This document shows positions 60,162 to 64,000 of a stretch of 64,000 nucleotides of DNA, one piece after another. The stretch lies in the NCBI GenBank assembly GCA_039811685.1, contig JBDHZC010000001.1, positions 608,001 to 672,000 of the forward strand, in the 5' to 3' direction. Origin of the DNA: Armatimonadota bacterium. Lineage in GTDB: Bacteria > Armatimonadota > UBA5829 > DSUL01. The position numbers and the translations under genes are program-made. Below the pieces are notes generated by a model. The model was not told the origin of the DNA, searched no databases, and was given only the letters and a program-made list of their open reading frames with translations. Numbering within the stretch: position 1 is the stretch's first letter; each line of letters opens with the position of its first letter.

Positions 60162-62434
60162 GATGACACAGACGGGGCGACGCGCCGCCCGCGCTTTGGC
60201 CTTCCGCCCACTCGATGAATCTTCAGCACATCAGTCAGCTTGCCAATGTTCCCCAGCAGCCTGTCCAGATGCTTCAGGTTCTCTACTTCCAGCTTCAACT
60301 CAAAAATGGCCCGTTTGTCCGGCATGCTCTTGATGTTGGCTTTGAGCATATTGACTTTGCCTTCGCTGAAGATGGCGGCAATGTCAGTAAGCAGCCCCAT
60401 TCTGTCCAGGCTCTCGATCTTGATGTCCACCTGATAGTGTCCGCCACCATCCTCCTGCCAGTCAATTTTCATCAGCCGGTCCGGCTCAGTACCGCGATAG
60501 TTGATCAGGTTCGGACAGTTGTCGCGGTGCAGAACCAGCCCTTTGCCCCGCGAAACATATCCCGTCACCTCGTCCCCCGGCACGGGCAGGCAACAGGCGG
60601 CCCGGGTAACCATCATACTCTCGGCCCCTTTTACCACCACGCGCCCCTCGGCGGATCGCCCCGTTGGAACCAGTGTCTGCGGCCGGGTGTCCTGAGGAAC
60701 GAGGCGATGAAAAACGGCGCTAGGCCCAAGGTGCCCAAATCCAATAGCCGCCAGCAGATCGTCTTCTCCCACTTTGTTAAGCTGCTTGGCGACCCGCTCC
60801 AGGTTGTCTGACTTCAATATGGCGCGATCCAGCCCCTGGCGGTCACACTCCTTGTCGAGCAGCTCCCGGCCCTTCTGCACACTTTCGTTGAAGTCCAGCT
60901 TGCGGAAGTAAGACTTGATCTTATTGCGGGCGTGACTGGTTTTGACAAACTCCAGCCAGTCCTTGCTGGGCGCAGAGTTCGAGCGCGTGACGACTTCCAC
61001 AATGGCGCCGTTGTTGAGAGGCTGCTCCAGCTTCACAATGCGTCCGTTAACCCTCGCGCCCACGCAATGATGACCGAGATCGCTGTGGATGCGATAGGCG
61101 AAATCTACGGCGGTCGATCCCGCGGGAAGATCGATGACATCACCGGCCGGCGTGAAGACAAATACCTGATCCGTGAACAGGTCATTGATGACGGAGCGCA
61201 GAAACTCTGTGGCTTCCTTGTTGTCCGCCTGCCAGTCAAAAAGTTGCTGCCGCAGCCACATAACCTTGCGGTCAAAACCGTTCTTGTCTGGACCGCCCTC
61301 TTTGTACTGCCAGTGCGCGGCCATTCCAAACTCCGCTGTGCGGTGCATTTCTTCGGTACGAATCTGAATTTCCAGCGGCTCCCCGCGCGGACCGACAACC
61401 TTTGTGTGCAGGGACTGGTAGAGATTGGGTTTGGCTTTGGTGATGTAGTCGTCGAACAGTCCGTTAATGTGAATCCAGATATCGTGGACGATCCCGAGGG
61501 CGCGGTAACAGTCAGGTATGCTCGTTGTGATAATTCTCACAGCAGAGAGATCGTAGATCTCACTAAAATCGACTTTCTCCTTGAGCATTTTCTGATAGAT
61601 GCTCCAGAGGTGTTTGGGGCGCCCCTGAATCTGTGCCTGGATGCCTTCTTCTTGCAGGCGGCTGGTAATCACTTCGATAGCTTCGGTGATGATGGCTTCG
61701 CGCTCGGCGCGCGTACGGTCCACCATCTTCACCATCTCATCGTATTTTTCTGGCTCGAGGTACTTGAAGGCGAGATCTTCAAGCTGCCACTTGATCTTCC
61801 AGACTCCCAGACGGTGGGCCAGAGGGGCGTAGATCTGCTGCGTTTCCTGCGCAATGCGCCGCTGGCGCTCAGGCGGCAGGCCGTAGAGAGTGCTCATGTT
61901 GTGAAGGCGATCCGCCAATTTGATCATCATCACGCGCAGGTCTCTTGCTACGGCGAGGAAAATCTTGCGGAGATTCTCGGCATTCTTGCGCAGCTCGACG
62001 CGGCGCTTCTTTGTCACGGATGCTGAATCTTCGATGCGTTCAAAGTCGGCCAGCTTCAACTTTGTGACACCGTCAACAAGACCGGCTATCTCCGCACCAA
62101 ACTTCTGCTCAATCTCCTCAAGTGAAACCTTGCAGTCCTCCACGACGTCGTGAAGCAGTCCGGCTGCGATACATGAAGCGTCCATCTCAACATCCGTAAG
62201 GATGATAGCGGTGGCGACGGGATGGGTAATGTAGGGCTCTCCCGAGCCTCGGAGCTGACCTTCGTGGTGGAGACGCGCAAACTCGTAGGCGCTCTGAATG
62301 AGAGCGACATCCACGTCAGAGTTGTAGCTTTGGATGCGCCTTACGAGATCCGGGACCGGATCAGCAGAAACGATGGACTCGCCGCCGGCCTCCGGGAGTT
62401 GCGTATGCGCATGAACAGATTCTTCGATCTTCAT
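60158..62434 (-). CDS. relA: Bifunctional (p)ppGpp synthetase/hydrolase Rel
   Basis: HD domain ([16 protein letters not shown]), [13 protein letters not shown] synthetase, YQSLHT, TGS and ACT domains. Confidence 0.96.
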   Translation of the reverse strand: MKIEESVHAHTQLPEAGGESIVSADPVPDLVRRIQSYNSDVDVALIQSAYEFARLHHEGQLRGSGEPYITHPVATAIILTDVEMDASCIAAGLLHDVVEDCKVSLEEIEQKFGAEIAGLVDGVTKLKLADFERIEDSASVTKKRRVELRKNAENLRKIFLAVARDLRVMMIKLADRLHNMSTLYGLPPERQRRIAQETQQIYAPLAHRLGVWKIKWQLEDLAFKYLEPEKYDEMVKMVDRTRAEREAIITEAIEVITSRLQEEGIQAQIQGRPKHLWSIYQKMLKEKVDFSEIYDLSAVRIITTSIPDCYRALGIVHDIWIHINGLFDDYITKAKPNLYQSLHTKVVGPRGEPLEIQIRTEEMHRTAEFGMAAHWQYKEGGPDKNGFDRKVMWLRQQLFDWQADNKEATEFLRSVINDLFTDQVFVFTPAGDVIDLPAGSTAVDFAYRIHSDLGHHCVGARVNGRIVKLEQPLNNGAIVEVVTRSNSAPSKDWLEFVKTSHARNKIKSYFRKLDFNESVQKGRELLDKECDRQGLDRAILKSDNLERVAKQLNKVGEDDLLAAIGFGHLGPSAVFHRLVPQDTRPQTLVPTGRSAEGRVVVKGAESMMVTRAACCLPVPGDEVTGYVSRGKGLVLHRDNCPNLINYRGTEPDRLMKIDWQEDGGGHYQVDIKIESLDRMGLLTDIAAIFSEGKVNMLKANIKSMPDKRAIFELKLEVENLKHLDRLLGNIGKLTDVLKIHRVGGRPKRGRRVAPSVSS

Positions 62435-64000
62435 TCATCCTCAACTGGCCTGTCCTGAAGAACCAGTGTGACGCGATCCGTACCTCTGAAGCTATCTATT
62501 CTCAAATTGTAGCAGATTCTGTAAAGACGCGTAGGATCAAGCGCTGCGCTATGCTCTCCCATCCCCCAGCCGACAATGCGCGCAGCTTCAGTTGTTCCAA
62601 CCAGCTGCGCTGACAAATGATTCCCTGACGATCCCATTGCGCGGATGTCCGTCAGCTTCACACGTCTTGTTGCAAGCACAGGCTCACGGTTGCCTTCTCC
62701 AAAGGGGGCCAGCCTGGCAATATCCTGCGCGAGTTGCAGAGTGATGCCGGAAGGATCGAGTTCCAGTTCAATGGGTACCTTCGGAACAAGGTCTTCCTCG
62801 GTGAGCCAGCGGTTGGCCAGGTCGTTGAGCTTCTTACGAACCTGCTCTAGATTCGCGGCCTCGAAAGAGATTCCCGCCGCCATAGCGTGACCGCCGCCCT
62901 GCACAAGGTCATCCCCAAGAAGCCCGATAGCGGCGGCAAGATTGTAACCGGGGATACTGCGCCCTGAGCCGTGAAATCGATCATCGGTGCGAGTGAGTAC
63001 AAACGCTGGCTTGAAGAACAGTTCGGCCAGCTTCCCTGCGACAATCCCGATCACTCCCGCATGCCAGCCCTCGCGCGCCACCACCAGAACCCGATCTTCG
63101 GTGAGATTGTCTTCGGCTACAGCAGCCAGCGCTTCCTGAAAGACTCGCGACTGTTCGGCTTGTCGCTCTACGTTGGTCTGAGACATCTCTGCGGCGATAC
63201 GCCCAGCCACATCAGCGTCAGAGGTCAGCAGCAACTCCAGCGCCGTTGACGCCTCTGCAAGCCTCCCGACCGCATTTATGCGCGGACCCAGACGAAAACC
63301 AATCGTTTCTGTGTCAACCCCTTCCATAGGCACTCCAGACGCCTGGATCAACGCCAGCAATCCCTGCTTCTGCGTGTCGGCGATAGAGCGAAGTCCGTGA
63401 TAGACATAAGCGCGATTTTCGCCGGTCAGTGGCACAACATCGCTGACCGTTCCAAGAGCGACAAGGTCCAGGAAATGTTTGTGCAGTGCGTCCAGCGGCA
63501 CATTGCGACGTATGCATAGCGCCTGGCACATCTTGTACGCGACACCCACGCCTGCGAGGTCCGAAAAGGGATAGGCGCTGTCAGACCGGTTTGGATTTAC
63601 GACTGCATAAGCGTCTGGCAAAGTTGACTGACACTGGTGGTGATCGGTTACGATGAGGTCAAGCCCCAGTTCACGAGCCCGGTTACACGCGTCATGCGCC
63701 GAAATGCCGCAGTCACAACTGAGAAACAACCCAGCTCCATCCGCATGAGCTCTCTCCACCGTTGCAGCGCGAATACCGTAGCCATCGCGGGAGCGGGATG
63801 GGACGAACGGGACTACATTTGCGCCCAGCTTGCGCAACACGCGCGTCAACAGCGCGGCGCTCGTGACGCCGTCCACATCGTAGTCTCCGTGAATAAAGAT
63901 AGTCTCCCCAGAGTCGATGGCAGCCACAATACGCTCAATAGCTTTATCAGCGTCAGGGAGGAGAAACGGATCGTGGAGATTGTCGAGACAGGGTCCGAGA
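62431..64000 (-). CDS. recJ: Single-stranded DNA exonuclease RecJ (5' end outside the window)
   Basis: GDYDVDG, DCGI, TDHH, LGTVSDVVPL.GENR, PRINAVGR, GGH.MAAG, PFGEGN. Confidence 0.96.
   Translation of the reverse strand, partial: LGPCLDNLHDPFLLPDADKAIERIVAAIDSGETIFIHGDYDVDGVTSAALLTRVLRKLGANVVPFVPSRSRDGYGIRAATVERAHADGAGLFLSCDCGISAHDACNRARELGLDLIVTDHHQCQSTLPDAYAVVNPNRSDSAYPFSDLAGVGVAYKMCQALCIRRNVPLDALHKHFLDLVALGTVSDVVPLTGENRAYVYHGLRSIADTQKQGLLALIQASGVPMEGVDTETIGFRLGPRINAVGRLAEASTALELLLTSDADVAGRIAAEMSQTNVERQAEQSRVFQEALAAVAEDNLTEDRVLVVAREGWHAGVIGIVAGKLAELFFKPAFVLTRTDDRFHGSGRSIPGYNLAAAIGLLGDDLVQGGGHAMAAGISFEAANLEQVRKKLNDLANRWLTEEDLVPKVPIELELDPSGITLQLAQDIARLAPFGEGNREPVLATRRVKLTDIRAMGSSGNHLSAQLVGTTEAARIVGWGMGEHSAALDPTRLYRICYNLRIDSFRGTDRVTLVLQDRPVEDE

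Noticed and set aside
60932..62026. 364-aa plus-strand ORF
   Set aside because: Antisense shadow of rel.

Overview
A gene-dense, GC-rich bacterial chromosome segment. It is probably Armatimonadota or a relative, inferred from a prepilin/DUF1559/H-X9-DG protein, an exosortase and the gene order. The left half is mostly housekeeping: a frameshifted larE remnant, D-cysteine desulfhydrase, ridA, mreBCD-miaA-hfq-dapF-hflX, pfkB-tatB-tatA-secG, hisDBHA, tldD-pmbA, yyaL, a CPA2 antiporter, fhs, an RRM protein and glyA-wecA-wecB. About 35.9-57.4 kb is one minus-strand Wzx/Wzy exopolysaccharide plus exosortase locus: priming sugar transferase, exosortase, EpsI, Wza, Wzc, a degenerate methyltransferase, Wzx, seven glycosyltransferases, Wzy and a large secreted glycoside hydrolase. 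The right end is recJ-rel-dtd-TPR-GNAT. The most striking signal is that the priming sugar transferase carries a signal peptide plus an internal PEP-CTERM-like sorting signal at its N-terminus and sits directly upstream of the exosortase, so it may be processed by its own exosortase. Also notable are a switch-like structured RNA upstream of that operon, nested domain insertions in the glycoside hydrolase and an apparent ATA start for hflX. No rRNA, tRNA, CRISPR array or mobile element was recognised. All calls come from reading the sequence by eye, without database searches.
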